DNA of 59,497 nt, the filler included, from Porpidia crustulata (taxonomy: Eukaryota), in assembly GCA_964255105.1 (NCBI GenBank). It is 8 parts of 8 records of this genome, joined end to end, with 100 filler letters (N's around TTAATTAATTAA, not from the genome) between each part and the next. Parts side by side here need not be neighbours in the genome. Positions count along the whole stretch, not along the records: positions 1 to 7,366 come from CAXUWE010001344.1; positions 7,467 to 14,832 come from CAXUWE010001345.1; 6 more parts are not named here. One strand, 5' to 3'. The position numbers and the translations under genes are program-made. Shown here piece after piece: positions 1-14,013 of this stretch. The stretch's first letter is position 1; each line of letters begins with the position of its first letter. The notes under the pieces are model-generated. The model searched no databases. It saw only the letters and a program-made list of their open reading frames with translations, and was not told where the DNA came from.

Positions 1-43
1 GGCAGTCTTAAGAGGGGGGAGGGAATGGTTGGATGGGGCTTAC

Positions 44-160
44 GCGGAAGGGGCCTTCGGTGATGTAAAGGCGTTGTGGGGGAGAGTAGCGGAGTTCGCC
101 TTTCAGGATGAGGCGGTCAAATTTCGCGAGAACCTCGGCTTCAGATATCTGGAGAGCCAT
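44..160 (-). CDS. First exon of a truncated gene, possibly an ATP adenylyltransferase (Ap4A phosphorylase)-like protein
   Basis: ATG at 160 reads MALQISEAEVLAKFDRLILKGELRYSPPQRLYITEGPFR and is followed by a GTAAG donor at 43. The family guess rests on N-terminal resemblance only. Confidence 0.35.
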
Positions 161-1770
161 AGTGTCTAGATGGGTCTATGAGGTTGTAGTTTGCTTGGCA
201 GTAATAGGGAGAGACGCTCCGCTGCCGTGACGGGATGAGTCGTCAATCAATGCAGCTGGGAATGCAAGAAGTCTAGATAGAGGACATGAGGAGATGGAGG
301 AGAATACGATAATATTGATATCCATTTGTATTTGACGGTGCATTGTTTTGAGGGCATTCTTGTGCAAGAAAGCCGAGTAGCGAGATTTGAAACTAGAGGA
401 TACTAGTGATAAATTTTGTGGGCCATCATGAGGAGCAGTTGTCTACAGGCTGCCCAGAACTCACAATTTCGGAATTCTGATATTGATAGCACGTATTGAT
501 ATAATAATCACGAGTCGGGTGTAATTCCGACAGACTTTCTTAGGCTACTTCGGTGTAAATTATATGTGTGTTGTAGAGCTGATAACAATTATCGAGCAAT
601 ATTAATGACTATTATCACGAATTGCTCTCCACGTACTGCTTTATTCTGACTTGGGAATACCACTCAATATCCTTTACTTGTGAGGCTTGCTCAAGGAAAG
701 GAGTCCCCGTGAAACCTTACATCATGTAATTGAATTGTGCTATTGCAAATGTTATCCAAGCTTTTCTGTCCAGGCCGGCTTCAAAGTTCCTGCTGGATTT
801 TAGTGGAACCGGTGGTACAGCAGAACCGTCAGTACGTTCAGGTTCATGAAGTAGCTTTCAGTCATGACATCGACAGACTTTGCACGAGAAGATTTTATGG
901 AAGAAAAAAGTGGTAAACTTCGACGCGACGAATGTATACGCATTAGTGAGAGAGAGAAAAACACCAAGTGATACAAAAATTTACCGCCTTTCTAGCATCC
1001 TGGAATAAATATACCAAGGTATGGTTAGCATAATGACCACAAAATTAACACTTACTTTGCTGAAAATACCGTGATATAGCTTAGACGCCTAGCGCGCGAT
1101 ACTTGGGGCGATTTAGCCGCTCTCCCGCCCAGCCATTACAGTAGCGTCAAAACTAGACGATAGGGAGCTTTACAGCAATCAATCAAGAAATCAATTTGAC
1201 ATGTAGGTAGATATTGGGTGGCCTGACACCATCATGCTAGTCACAGGCCTGTTAGAAACTCCACAGAGATACTCATGACCTATGAAATCTTGTGTCGTGG
1301 TCGTACCTTACAACTTTCCACGATGACTAATACCTGGTCCTAAAAAGGAGTCTTGAGATCATCACAAAATCTATTCAGGCTGCCGAGCCTGGATGCCTCA
1401 ACCAGGTATATAGGAAAAGTAATTTACTGAATCTTCTATACTTGTGTTTCCAAGTTCATTTAGTTGAATTCTATTTTTCGGTGTGTCTCCTTATATACTT
1501 TGCTCGCCTCTTGTATCTATTAATTATCTACTGCAGTCTCTATATCGTAAGTAGAGCTTCGCCTCTAATAGTGTATCTTCAATTTTCCGTTATATCAGAC
1601 CAGGATCTATTGAAGGAGCTCAAAATCCAAGGTAAGGTCAATGGTCGATGCCAATGTATCGGTGCTTTTGCACTCACATGCAAACAATGACGTCATTCCA
1701 CAGATCAACAAATCCAGCCAATCAGAAGCCGTTCATCTTCCGCTGAATACATCATCACCAGCTTTATCAA

Positions 1771-2981
1771 ATGGCTGTGGGGATAATAAGACCTCAGACA
1801 CTTCTCAGAGCCCGCGTTCTCATCATCTCCAAAATCCCACGTACTCCCAGAGAACCTCCTTTTTTACATCAATACCAAATATCAAGGAGTGTATCCGGTA
1901 TGGAAGCTATCAAGAAGACTGTAGCTGAGAACTTTGGTGGCCCTGCACACCAGGCCGTATCTGAGGATCAGCAATTTGCACTCGAGCAGGTTCCATCGCT
2001 CAAGGGAAAGGTCGCTGTTGTGACTGGAGGCTCTGAAGGGATTGGCTACGGTTGTACGCACACCTTACTTTCGAAGGGCGTAGAGAAGCTATTTATTCTT
2101 TCCGTATCAAAAGACGTGATTGATGGCGCGAAGAAGGCTGTTGGGGAAGAGATGGGAGAAGAGGCAGCCAAAAAGATGGTATGGCTGCAGTGTGACATCT
2201 CGGATTGGAGGCACGTGAAACAGATTGCAGACAAGATTGCAAGCAGTACAGATCGTCTAGACATCCTAATCAACAATGCCGCGAGAGGTATCATGACTTA
2301 CCAGTTGACTGATTATGGCGTTGACCGCCATGTAAGTATTGATAATCGAGAACCAAAGATTCAGGCACTAACCGGTTATAGATGGCGGTGAATCACATGG
2401 GTCATGTCATACTTACTAGCCATTTGATGCCCATCATGAAGAAGACCGCGTCTCAAGGTAATACCGTGAGGATTGTAAACATGGCGTCAAACGCTCATCA
2501 AGCTGCCCCGTCCGATACCAAATTCGAGTCTTTAGACGAGTTAAACAGAGATCTTGGGCCAAATGGACAGTACGGTCGCTCAAAATTGGCTGCCATACTC
2601 TATTCACGGTACCTCAATAAACATCTAACATCCTCTTACTCAAATATTTTGATCAATGCAACGCACCCTGGCTTTGTCGACACCAAAATGTCGACCCAGG
2701 ATATTCACGAGCCGTATCCTTGGGGTGGCTATGCCATGTCTGTCGGAATGGCACCTCTCAAGAAGGATATCTGGATGGGTTGCGTGAGCACTGTATTTGC
2801 TGCTACCACCACCACCAAGAGTGGACAGTATATTTGCCCCCCAGCAGTGCCTGAAAGTGGCAGTAAACTCGCGCAGGATGAACAGTTGGGCGAGAACTTG
2901 ATGAAACTCACGAGAGATCTCATCAAAGAGAAGACGTATGAGGACTCGGCTGCAAAGGGGTGTCCCTTTGATGATTATTAG
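1771..2981 (+). CDS. Short-chain dehydrogenase/reductase (retinol dehydrogenase/WWOX-like), 2 exons
   Basis: TGGSEGIG Rossmann motif, LINNAA, and YGRSK catalytic YxxxK. Intron 2332-2381 (GTAAGT..ACTAAC..TAG). The start may be 1771 or 1900. Confidence 0.9.
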
Positions 2982-3649
2982 GCAATGAGCAATGCAGCTT
3001 TTCTTTTCGTAGCGTATATATCGAGCGAGAATAGCAACAATATTTTAGCATTTTCCAGCGAGCCTTTGATTTGCTCCAGATAGGCCCATAATCAACCAGC
3101 TATATAGTTTGGAGGATAATTTGACATAAATGCGACTGTACTAGAGTTCCAATTAAGTAAGTTAGGCCGTCATATTTTTCGGTATGCGCTCCCAACTGTT
3201 GTGTCGCGTATCAGAAAGGATTGGAGTTAAAGATAGCAGCAGGCCAAGATTAAAAATTAAGTAGTATTGCTATGCTTGTGGTCTATCTGTTCCACACATC
3301 GCGAAAATAGGTTGAGGGCGGAGGAAGATGGCTTCGGCGCCGTCATATTGCCCCTCCTGCCGGCTCAGCCCCACCTTCAGCGCAATCCGCCGCGTAACCG
3401 AATCCGCCTTCGTAGAGCAGTTGATTCAATCGTTCGCAACCTATATGGTAGTAGCTTAATAAACACCTTAGACGTTTGACTTGCCTTAGAAACGCCTATT
3501 CAGCTCTTCGGACTAGGCATCACTTCTGCTTCTCGAGCTCCGGTACATATCAATACACCTTCAATCCATATACGCCCCGGCCTAAGGCATTCATCACTAC
3601 AACGTGGCTCTGAAGATACCAAGAACCGCACTTTCCATTCTTAACAGTC

Positions 3650-5839
3650 ATGAATGTCATTAAGCTTCAGAGGTAATCCAATGCATAATCGGAAGATTGC
3701 ATGTCCAAGCCCGATATGACTTTTGAAACCGGCTAATTTCTGCGGTCCATCAGAAAATATCCACAATTCCAGCAACAAGACATATTCGCGCTGCAAGATG
3801 CGTTTAGAAAGCTAGATGTCGACGACAAAGGTTATATCGACGAATCTACGGTGATCAAGGCTACACAGACATCCGAGCGCCAATCATACGATGTTGTCAG
3901 ACAGGCCCTCAAAGAAGTGGAGCTTGATAGCTCAAGAAGGGTTGAGTTGGACGACTATGTGGATGTAAGCCTTTGCTGAGAAGCACTTATCTAGAATGTT
4001 TCAGCGCTGATGGTGCTCCAACCAGCTCATCTCAAAAGTTCGTGGGCCTTCCCAAGCTCCACCACAGATGACAACTGGACGAGCCCGAGGTAACAGCAGC
4101 GCCGGGGGAAATGGCGTACCCTCCCCAGGACATCAATCAAAAAACAGCGTATCTGGCAGAATACAAGTGCAGGGTTCGTCAGCAAACGTAACGCATACAA
4201 TTAACGAAGACGAGCGCACAGAGTTCACACGACATATCAATGCAGTTCTGTCTGGCGATCCAGATATTGGTAGTCGCATCCCGTTTCCAACAGACACTTT
4301 TGAAATGTTTGATGAGTGTAGAGACGGATTGGTCCTTGCGAAGCTTATCAACGACAGCGTACCTGATACCATCGACGAGCGTGTTCTGAACCGGGTAGGT
4401 AAGAAAATCAAGACGCTAAATGCCTTTCATATGAGTGAGAACAACAACATGGTCATCAATTCGGCTAAGGGCATTGGGTGTTCGGTGGTCAATATTGGTA
4501 GCGAAGACATAAAAGAAGGGCGTGAGCATTTAATATTAGGCTTGATCTGGCAAATCATTCGAAGAGGGCTATTAGGAAAGATCGATATCAAGTTGCACCC
4601 GGAACTCTACAGGCTATTAGATGAGGACGAGACTCTTGAGCAGTTCTTGAGGTTACCACCAGAGCAAATCTTACTGCGATGGTTCAACTACCATCTGAAG
4701 AACGCGAAGTGGGACAAGAGGTAAACTGCTTTCTTGAGAGACGTCGTATCGCTGCTAAAATAACTTCAGAGTTTCAAATTTCTCGACTGACGTGAAAGAA
4801 GGCGACAATTACACAGTACTACTCAATCAGCTAGCTCCAGATGTATGCAGTCGAGGACCACTACAAACGCGGGATCTTCATCAAAGGGCCGAACAAGTTC
4901 TACAGAATGCTGACAAGCTTGATTGCCGAAAGTTCCTTTCGCCAAGCTCACTTGTGGCTGGCAATCCTAAACTCAATCTTGCATTTGTTGCCAACTTGTT
5001 TAATACCCATCCAGGTTTGGACCCAATCACTGAGGAAGAAAAGCTAGAAGTCGAAGATTTTGATGCCGAGGGAGAGAGGGAAGCGCGAGTCTTCACGTTA
5101 TGGCTTAACTCGTTAGACGTGAAACCGGCTGTTAATTCTTTATTCAACGATCTTCGTGACGGTACTGTTCTTCTACAAGCGTATGACAAAGTCGTGCCAG
5201 GAAGTGTCAATTGGCGGCACGTGAACAAACAGCCCGCGTCTGGGGGGGAGCTTATGCGTTTCAAGGCCATGGAAAACACCAACTACACGATTGAGCTAGG
5301 TAAACAGATGCATTTTTCCCTTGTTGGAGTGCAAGGCGCCGATATTACAGACGGTCAGCGTACATTGACCCTCGGCCTGGTATGGCAGCTCATGCGCCGA
5401 GATATCTCTGAGACGCTCTCGGCCCTGGCTCAACGGCTTGGTAAGCGGGAAATCAGTGATACCGAGATGGTTAAATGGGCGAATGAACAGTCAAAGAAAG
5501 GAGGTCGCAGTTCCAGCATACGCAGTTTCAAGGACCAAGCTATCGGCAATGGAGTCTATCTACTCGATGTTTTGAATGGCATGAAGAGTTCATATGTCGA
5601 CTACGATCTTGTAATGAGTGGTAGGAGTGATGAAGAGGCGTATGCTAATGCGAAATTGGCGATATCGATAGCCAGGAAGATGGGAGCCACAATCTGGCTA
5701 GTACCAGAGGATATCTGCGAAGTGAGAAGCAGGCTGGTGGTAACCTTTATCGGTAAGTCAACCCCGAGTTGACTACTGCCATCATAATATACTAATGCGT
5801 GGAGAAGGTTCCCTCATGGCGACGCATGAGAAGATGTAG
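3650..5839 (+). CDS. SAC6: Fimbrin (actin-bundling protein with EF-hand and four CH domains), 5 exons
   Basis: MNVIKLQR start; CH-domain motifs DGLVLAKLIN, LILGLIWQII and EARVFTLWLNSL; ends GSLMATHEKM*. Introns 3673-3753, 3965-4025, 4721-4769 and 5753-5807. Confidence 0.97.
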
Positions 5840-6295
5840 AGTCTGAGCAGTATTCCTGTACTCCATGTTGAGCATGGATCTGTATGTTAGCATTTTGCCT
5901 CCTGAGTTCCGTGCGGAACTTCCTTGAGCATAGCAGAACTTGACTTGAGTTGAGAGCAAACCGAGTACATGTGAAAAGTCACCTCGGTGACTCGGTCAAG
6001 CTGAAGCTCAAGTAACCCTACAGCTTCGCCGACATGCACAAGATCTGTACTGGATATCCAAGCTTGCACAATAGGCAAACAATTCTACTTGAAGAAAACC
6101 ACGTTTTGACAAGACTTGCATTAGAGAGGTTATGGAGGAATAAACCATGTATTTATGAGCACTTGTAATTTATAGAGTACCTAGTGTTAGATCGTAATTC
6201 AATACGCAAGTGCCACGTTCACTCCAATTCGAGCTTCCCTCTGGAAACCCAAGGTAAGCAATGAGCAAGAACGAGCAGATACCTGCAACTTTGCA

Positions 6296-7366
6296 ATGAC
6301 CAAAACTGACAGCAAAGCTAGCAAACCTAAACAAGCTACTCAAAGATCCAGCTCAGTATTGTCAAAATCCGCGCAAGGAGCGACTTTTCTCATCCTGCTA
6401 CAAGTCGGCTCCCGAGCCCTAACTTTCATCGTCAATCAAGTCCTACTACGCTACCTCTCCCCCGAGATTCTCGGAATCTCCACCCAGCTCGAGCTCTACG
6501 CCATATCGGTATTGACATTCTCCCGCGAGAGCCTCCGAGTAGCGCTGCAGCGGCAGCGGAGTGGCAATGGAGATGAAAAACAAAAGGGTGTAGCTGCGGA
6601 GAAGAGAGAAAGTTCGGGGCCGGTCGCGACAAGCAATGAGGCGAGCGGCAGAGCTCAAGAGGTTGTGAATCTCTCGTACCTGGCCATTGGACTGGGGTTG
6701 CCGTTGGCACATTTGCTTGGAAAATTATACATCAAGAGCGCGGACGTTGCGGTCCTGCGTACTCCACATATCCACGATTCCCTAAATATATATGCTTTCG
6801 CCGCGTGCCTGGAACTACTCAACGAGCCCTGCTTCGCCATTGCCCAGCAGCAGATGCTATATGGCACCCGTGCTTCAGCCGAGACCTTTGCAACCTTCAC
6901 GCGATGCATCATAACCTGCTCAACCGCGATATGGGCCAGCCGTACCGGCCACAACCTTGGGGTCCTCCCATTTGCCATTGGTCAGCTAAGCTACGCTTTA
7001 ATCCTGAACATCGTTTACTTTCTCAACATCTACACCATCTCGCTCAAACATGATTTTTCCCTTATCCTCCGCAGTCTCAGACCACATCCCGACCTTCTCT
7101 TGTCTCGCTTCTCGACCCCCCTCCTAACACTGGCCCTGAACCTATACGCTCAATCAGCTTTCAAACACCTCCTCACAACTGGAGACTCCCTCCTCATCGC
7201 CGCCCTCACCTCTCTCCCCTCCCAAGGCGCGTACGCCCTCGCCTCAAACTACGGCGGCCTCCTCGCCCGCATTCTTTTCCAACCAATCGAGGAATCCTCT
7301 CGCTCCCTCTTCGCCCGCCTCTTATCCCCCCCATCCAAAGACCCAACCCCAACCGCAAACCCAGAC
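6296..7366 (+). CDS. RFT1: Man5GlcNAc2-PP-dolichol translocation protein Rft1 (3'-truncated by contig end)
   Basis: [41 protein letters not shown] and [24 protein letters not shown] are Rft1 hallmarks. Confidence 0.93.
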
Positions 7367-7466
7367 NNNNNNNNNNNNNNNNNNNNNNNNNNNNNNNNNN
7401 NNNNNNNNNNTTAATTAATTAANNNNNNNNNNNNNNNNNNNNNNNNNNNNNNNNNNNNNNNNNNNN
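7367..7466. other. Artificial contig spacer
   Basis: 44 N + TTAATTAATTAA (stops in all frames) + 44 N. Confidence 0.99.
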
Positions 7467-9597
7467 AGTATGGCTTCGGCCTTTTTGGCGCCGCCGCCTT
7501 TGAGTAGTCGGATCTGCGCTACGTCGCGCGTGTTGATGATGTTGAGGAGACGTTTGGTGCGTGGGGTTTGGGTGCGCGGGGGACTGTGGGTGAGGGGTTT
7601 AGCTTTGAGGGTTTTTTTCTGTTTGGAGTATTTGAAATTGTCGGAGGAATCGTAGGCGAGGGGGTCGGGGCCTTCGTGATAGTCGTCGTCGTCGGAGGGT
7701 GTTAGGCATTGGGTTGTTTTTCGAGGAGGATCTCTTTCCATTGGTTGAGGTTGCGGCTCTTTTTCTTCAGGGCAAGTTTTGTCCAACTGCATCTTCGGAC
7801 CGTTATGCTCCTTCATCTCTTTCAGCTTCTCGCGTAACCGTTTGATTTTCCCATCAAGTTTCGCGTTATCGGGAAAGTACTCTCGCGCCAGCTCGTACAT
7901 TTTAAGAGCACTTCCGTCTTCCCCCCTTACAGCGTGCTGTTTTGCCATCAAGAGAAAAGTCAGCCCCTGTTCTCTCCCGTCGTCTTTGCCATCAATCTTC
8001 TGCTCGAGCAGCTCCAATCGTCTTTGGACGTCTTCGCTGATCTCCGGGACCGGGGCTATAGATGGTTGGCCGAGAGCGCGTGTAGCGAGGATATCTGTGA
8101 CTTTTTTCTCAATCATATCTTCGAGAGCTTCTTTCGAGATGGCAGGCTCGGGTCTAGGCATGACTTGATTTGGGCTTTGTCGTTTGGGGGGACGAGTGAC
8201 ATTAGAGGAGAAGTTCTCTGATGGACGTTTGAGAGGCGATGAAATGTGTGCTTGCTCTGTCCGTGTTGGACGTGTTGGGCCGTTGGACCGTCGCGCCCTA
8301 TCCGAGTATACGGAGAAGGTTTTTGTGCACTTAGTATCGCCCGACTTTGGAAGTGGGTTTGAGCCATTTATGGCCGCATTGTGGACAGCAGTAGCCAGTG
8401 GCCTCAAAGGCTGTCTTTGGATTGAAGCACCTGTGAAAGACGGTACAGCTCGATGACATCCCTTGAAGATTGGCTCGTTCTCAATTTCTCTGACTTCAAT
8501 CTTCTTCGTCCGGTTGGCAAAATTCAGGGAGCTCAATGTGTCCAAGTGGAATGACTTGATGGGAGCTAAGTTCAGAATCATGACCGTCATACCGTTGTTC
8601 TGGCCGAGTGAAAGAATACGGGTCATCTTGGATTCGCGGTAAGGCACTCGCGCTTGCTGCTGGCTGATAGCCTCGACACACTTTGCAAGGACGAATAGAC
8701 TTTTGTTGATACTGGAAGATTCCACTAGCCTTTCCTTCCCGTTCTCCGTTCTTCGATTGTCCTCTGATCCAGCTAGATCAATTGCAGAAGCCGTGCTGAT
8801 ACGCGTCTCCTCACCCGTAGTCACCGCAATTCTGATACATAGTATTGCATGGGATCGAGATGAGCTTGCGTTAAGCTGGATATCAATATTAGTATACGCA
8901 AATTTCACCAATGGTATGCCCTTACTTTTGTGGCACTTGTTGATCGGTTGACATTTGCCTGATCATACAATTTCTCAAATTCCTTCAAGCTCTCGCAAGG
9001 CCTTTCCGTCAAACCTACAACCACTGTCTTGCCGGCGTTATCTCGAATTTGCAATCCCGCCATGGTACGTTTCTCCGGCGCTTCGAAGAGATCGAACACT
9101 TTGTCATTATAGATCTCATAGTAGGAAAGGCTGATTTGAACATTCGTTTCCCGTGCTGAGTCTTTATCGATTTTTCTGCTCCTACGATATATCCCCGACA
9201 ATAATCGAGGTATGACACCGCGCTCCGCCAGCGTCTTACCACCACGCATAGTATGCGTCTTTCCAGTACCAGTTGACCCATAGGCAAATATAGTGACATC
9301 GAATCCATTGAACAGGTGTTTGATAGTAGGCGCAACTGCAACTTGTCAGTCTAACGATCCTTCTAGGCTTGTAATTTTCTGACCCTCGTTGTCGAAGATT
9401 TGCTGTTGAGTAGATAGCTGATCGTAAACACTGCTAAATTGAAAAGAATAATCTTCATTTTCATTTTTTGGATTTGGTACTTTGACGATCGAAGGCTGCG
9501 CCGAAGTATTGTCATCACTGACCGCTGAGACGATCACATCTTTGTCAAGCTCATGTCTTTGCTGGGGCCTGATTCTAGCAACCACCCGTATTACCAT
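7467..9597 (-). CDS. Kinesin-10/KIF22(Kid)-like motor with C-terminal helix-hairpin-helix (3'-truncated)
   Basis: IRVVARIRP, P-loop AYGSTGTGKTHT, switch I NASSSRSH, switch II DLAGSE, VPYRESKMTR, and an HhH-like C-terminus (IINTRDVAQIRLLKGGGAKKAEAI). Two introns near 9340-9383 and 8878-8925. Confidence 0.88.
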
Positions 9598-9939
9598 CTC
9601 CTCTCTACTGTACTCTTATTTCCAATTCTCCGTGTCGTGGATCCTGTATATGTGGAAGTGCCGCTACAATTAAGGTAGGGAATCCTTCAGTTGCCCAATG
9701 GTTGTCAATACTGGTTATCGTCACGGCAACGGGGCTTTAGCCATTATCAAGATGGAATTCACAATTTCTATTATCAAACCAACATGTATCAATGACCAAA
9801 TCGCAGGATCCTTTTCTCTTGATGATTTGGTCTCGCATGTCAATCATCTATCTACAAAGAGAAGTAATGTATCGCTAGGATTTAGATGTACACGGTACAA
9901 ATACAGTGTGGGATCCTCGCCTGGCTGTGATAAGTGTCA

Positions 9940-11345
9940 TCACCTCAATGTAGACGAAGACTTCTCGACCGGCTCAATCTTGACCTTGCCATCTCGCCCT
10001 ACACTGGCAACGCTCATTGTCGGAGGTTTGTTTATTTCGGACACTTTACCGTCTGTTGGATTTGAATCTCTATCACTGTTTGCCTTCTTCAGTGACGCAA
10101 GGGCTGGCTGTAGAGCTCCGGCTGGCGCGTCGGCAATCTCATTCAAATCTCGAATGCTCAGTACATCTCTTAGTTCTCCTCCTCGTGTCTGTAAGAGAAT
10201 AGTCGTTGGTCCATGAAACTGTAGAAATAGCTATACAACATCAGTGTTCTATCGTCGCCTATCCACGGCTGCACCTACCCGGTCCCCCCATATGGTCCTT
10301 CTCGACCATATTCGTAGGGTGTAGAAAACATTCGCAATTCCCCGCCAAGTTTCAGATTCTTGCATAACTCTGAAGAATTTTGTATCAGGTAAAATGCCAG
10401 AGAAATTTATCTCAGGTACTTGTAGTCTAAAGGATGAGGATTTCAATCGGTAGGGAGAGGGTGGGTAAGAATTGACGGTATATGCGACAACGTTGCTGAA
10501 ATATATCTTTAGTATGTCAATGAAGGTAGTAGTAAAGCTCATACCCTGGGTGAGCGACATAGTCTTCCCCAGCCCCAAGGGTGACCTGGAAGATAGAGCC
10601 TCGACCTGCAAGGGCAAGTAACCCTCGGCCAATGGCCTCAGAGTTCCCTAAGTACGCGAGACTCTTTGCCACTCAGTATGGATCACAGAATTCAAGGCAT
10701 AGTGCATACCATTTTTTGGTTAATGGTAGACTTCACCGAAAGCGTTTGACCAGTCCAGGCCAGGAGCGCCCGTTTCACAAGCATCCAATCAGTCGATCCA
10801 TCCATCCGGACAACAGCCAAAGAGCTTATGGTTGACTTCGTGGCTATAAGTGCTGTCACAGGGCTTATGGAAGATATCTTCTGATAGAGAAAAGGGATTC
10901 CAAGGACGAGTCGACGGAATGGCGCCAGTAGTGACAAGGTTGAGACTACCTTGTACATATTAGGAACAGAGCTAGATCTTTACATTGCTGTGCACTCACA
11001 TTTTCTGCCTTCCCTCCGACACTGATCAATGTACCGCGTCGTGTATACAACGGTTGTGAGGCGGAAAGGGAAACAGAGAGGACGGGAAAGGATGAGCCCA
11101 GAACCTCAAACCTGGCGTCTATCAATATAATGAGCGCGCACTCTGTGGGTTGAGAAAGGCATAGTACCTGGAGTCTCTGCACTCGAGATGGGCGGAGGTT
11201 CACACGCGAGTATGTCGATATTGCTGAAAGGTGAAGTAGATGTCTGCAAAGCTCGACGTCCACTCAAGCAGAGCCATTGAGGACTGCCAATCTGCTTCGA
11301 GTAGCTGAGTCCATTTCTGATCATTCCATTCACTTTGTGACGCAT
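9940..11345 (-). CDS. AIM24: Altered inheritance of mitochondria protein 24 (AIM24 family), multi-exon
   Basis: Basic presequence followed by [57 protein letters not shown] and [12 protein letters not shown]. Confidence 0.85.
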
Positions 11346-11639
11346 GATTGCTGGAACTTTGAGCTGGCAACATCCGAAAAGAACACTTGAGGAAGTGGAA
11401 CGAGAATTGTCACAGCCAAATTCTAATCCGTACTGAAACTAGTGTCGGAATTATCATTCGATAACACCGAAGTTTTTCTTACGGCTGTCAACGAATATCT
11501 ACTCCGAGCCCATGGCTCACGATGTTCAGAAAATTATTTGTACAATCAGATTCGGCTCCAAAGTAATGTATGCCTTTTCATAATGAATATTCCAAGCTAT
11601 CGGTGAAGGTGCCGTGTCCAGCGCATCAGGCGCAACAGG

Positions 11640-14013
11640 ATGATGCGCCTAGGGATTTTACCCCGATTCCATCTGTCGCACAGTGGACTATGTGCTCGCT
11701 CCCTCCAAGTATATGGATTCCTCCCACCGCCGATAGCTCTGCGCTATCAGTTGTCTCGGGGCTTCGTCATCACCGCCATCAAATGGCAGAAGTACCCACC
11801 AAGAGATCAGAAGACAGGGGCCCAAACTCTGACACGGGCTGAGTCTCTCGAGAACATACAGCCGGAGACGGTGCAGAAGCCATCACATGCAGAGCCAAAG
11901 ACCGATATCCTGCTATCAGATCAGACTGTTTCAAATAAGGATCAAAGAAAAGCGGACTGGGCAATTATGAAGGAAATGTCGAGATACCTGTGGCCGAAGG
12001 TACACCAAGTGTGCAGTAGGCCTTAATGAAAGTGCCTGACGGAAATTGTAGGACGATATGGGTGCGAAGCTGAGGGTTGGCACAGCCCTTGCGCTGCTAG
12101 TTGGGTCGAAGGTGTTTTCCAGACATAGAATCTTTAGTCTATATCAGAGCTCAAGTCAACACAGGTCCTTAATGTACAAGTTCCGTTCTACTTCAAAAGC
12201 ATTGTTGATTCAATGAATGTCGACTTTGCAGCTCTTGGGGGTACCGCATGGACAATTGGCGGCGCAATGATCGTCGCATGTACGAAATCACTACCTATCC
12301 AGTAGCTATGTCTAACACGATTGATCAGATGGAGTGACCCGCATCGGAGCAGCCGTGTTCCAAGAGATCCGTAACGCAGTCTTTGCGAGTGTGGCACAAA
12401 AAGCTATACGCCGCGTTGCCTGCAACGTCTTTGAACATTTACTGAGGCTGGATTTGAACTTTCATCTATCGAGGCAGACAGGAGGCCTCACACGAGCAAT
12501 TGATCGTGGAACTAAGGGCATAAGTTTTCTCCTGACCTCAATGGTCTTTCACATACTACCAACGGCTTTGGAGATCACCATGGTGTGTGGTATCCTAGTA
12601 AGCACGAACAATGTAGAGCATGTTAGCGCGCGCTGAATGGTTCAGACATATCAATATGGACCCAAATTTGCAGCTATCACCGCCGTAACTATGGCTGCCT
12701 ATACTGCATTCACAATACTTACAACATCGTGGCGAACGAAGTTTCGAAAGCAGGCTAATGCTGCTGATAACCAGGCTGCAACGGTAGCCGTGGATTCTCT
12801 AATCAATTTTGAAGCGGTCAAGCATTTCAACAACGAGAAGTTCGAAGTTGGGAGATATGACTCGGCTTTAAGGTCGTACGAAAGTGCGTCTATCAAGGTC
12901 ACTACGTCTCTTGCATTTCTCAACTCCGGCCAGAACGTTATATTTTCGGGCGCTCTTGGAGCAATGATGTACCTAGCTGCCGATGGCGTCGCAAGCGGCA
13001 CCCTCACAGTAGGTGATTTGGTCATGGTCAATCAGCTGGTTTTCCAGCTTTCCGTTCCCTTGAATTTCCTCGGATCTGTCTATCGGGAGCTACGGCAGTC
13101 TCTGTTGGATATGGAGACACTATTTAACCTCCAGAAAGTCAATATCGCAGTTAAGGAACCTACCAAGCCCGCCCAGCTACATTTGACAAAAGGAGGCGAG
13201 ATCAAGTTTGAGAACGTTACTTTTGGTTACCATGCAGATAGGCTTATATTACGGAACCTGAGTCTTACCATTCCTGCAGGCCAGAAGGTGGCTATTGTAG
13301 GACCAAGCGGGTGTGGGAAATCTACAATACTTCGCTTGCTTTTCCGCTTTTACGATGTACAGGAGGGGCGAATCTTGATCGACGACCAAGACATTCGGGA
13401 AGTCAGTCTACAAAGCTTACGTGAAGCCATAGGTGTGGTGCCACAGGACACACCACTTTTCAACAATACGATCGAGCACAACATCCGGTACGGGAACATG
13501 AAAAGTTCAGCGGAGGAGGTGAGGAACGCTGCAAGAAAGGCAAAGATCCACGATATTATCAGTGGCTTCCCTGCTGGGTACGACACCATGGTAGGAGAAA
13601 GGGGCATGATGATATCCGGTGGTGAAAAGCAACGAATGGCGGTATCGAGGTTAATCCTCAAGGACCCACCGTTGCTCTTCTTTGACGAGGCTACTTCTGC
13701 CCTTGATACGCATACTGAGACTACACTGCTACAAGAAATCAATAGTATCCTCAAGGATAAGTCGAGGACTAGCGTTTTTGTGGCACATCGATTGCGCACT
13801 ATCTTTGACAGTGACAAAATAATCGTGCTACAGGACGGTAAGGTTGCGGAAAGTGGTACACATAATGGATTGCTGGACAAGGGAGGATTATATTCTCGAT
13901 TATGGACAGGTAAGCGGCATCGGTGAAGAAAGTGACGGTAGCCACTGACAGAATCGATAGCACAAGAGACCTCACTTCGGGACCGCATGGATGATGATGA
14001 ACCGCAGAACTGA
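11640..14013 (+). CDS. ATM1: Mitochondrial Fe-S cluster export ABC half-transporter Atm1, multi-exon
   Basis: [37 protein letters not shown], Walker [18 protein letters not shown] and DEATSALD. The last exon ends at TGA 14011-14013. Confidence 0.96.

Noticed and set aside
7411..7422. Recurrent TTAATTAATTAA as a biological motif or repeat
   Set aside because: It is always centred in exactly 44+44 N, so it is an artificial linker. ORFs running into it are truncated artefacts.
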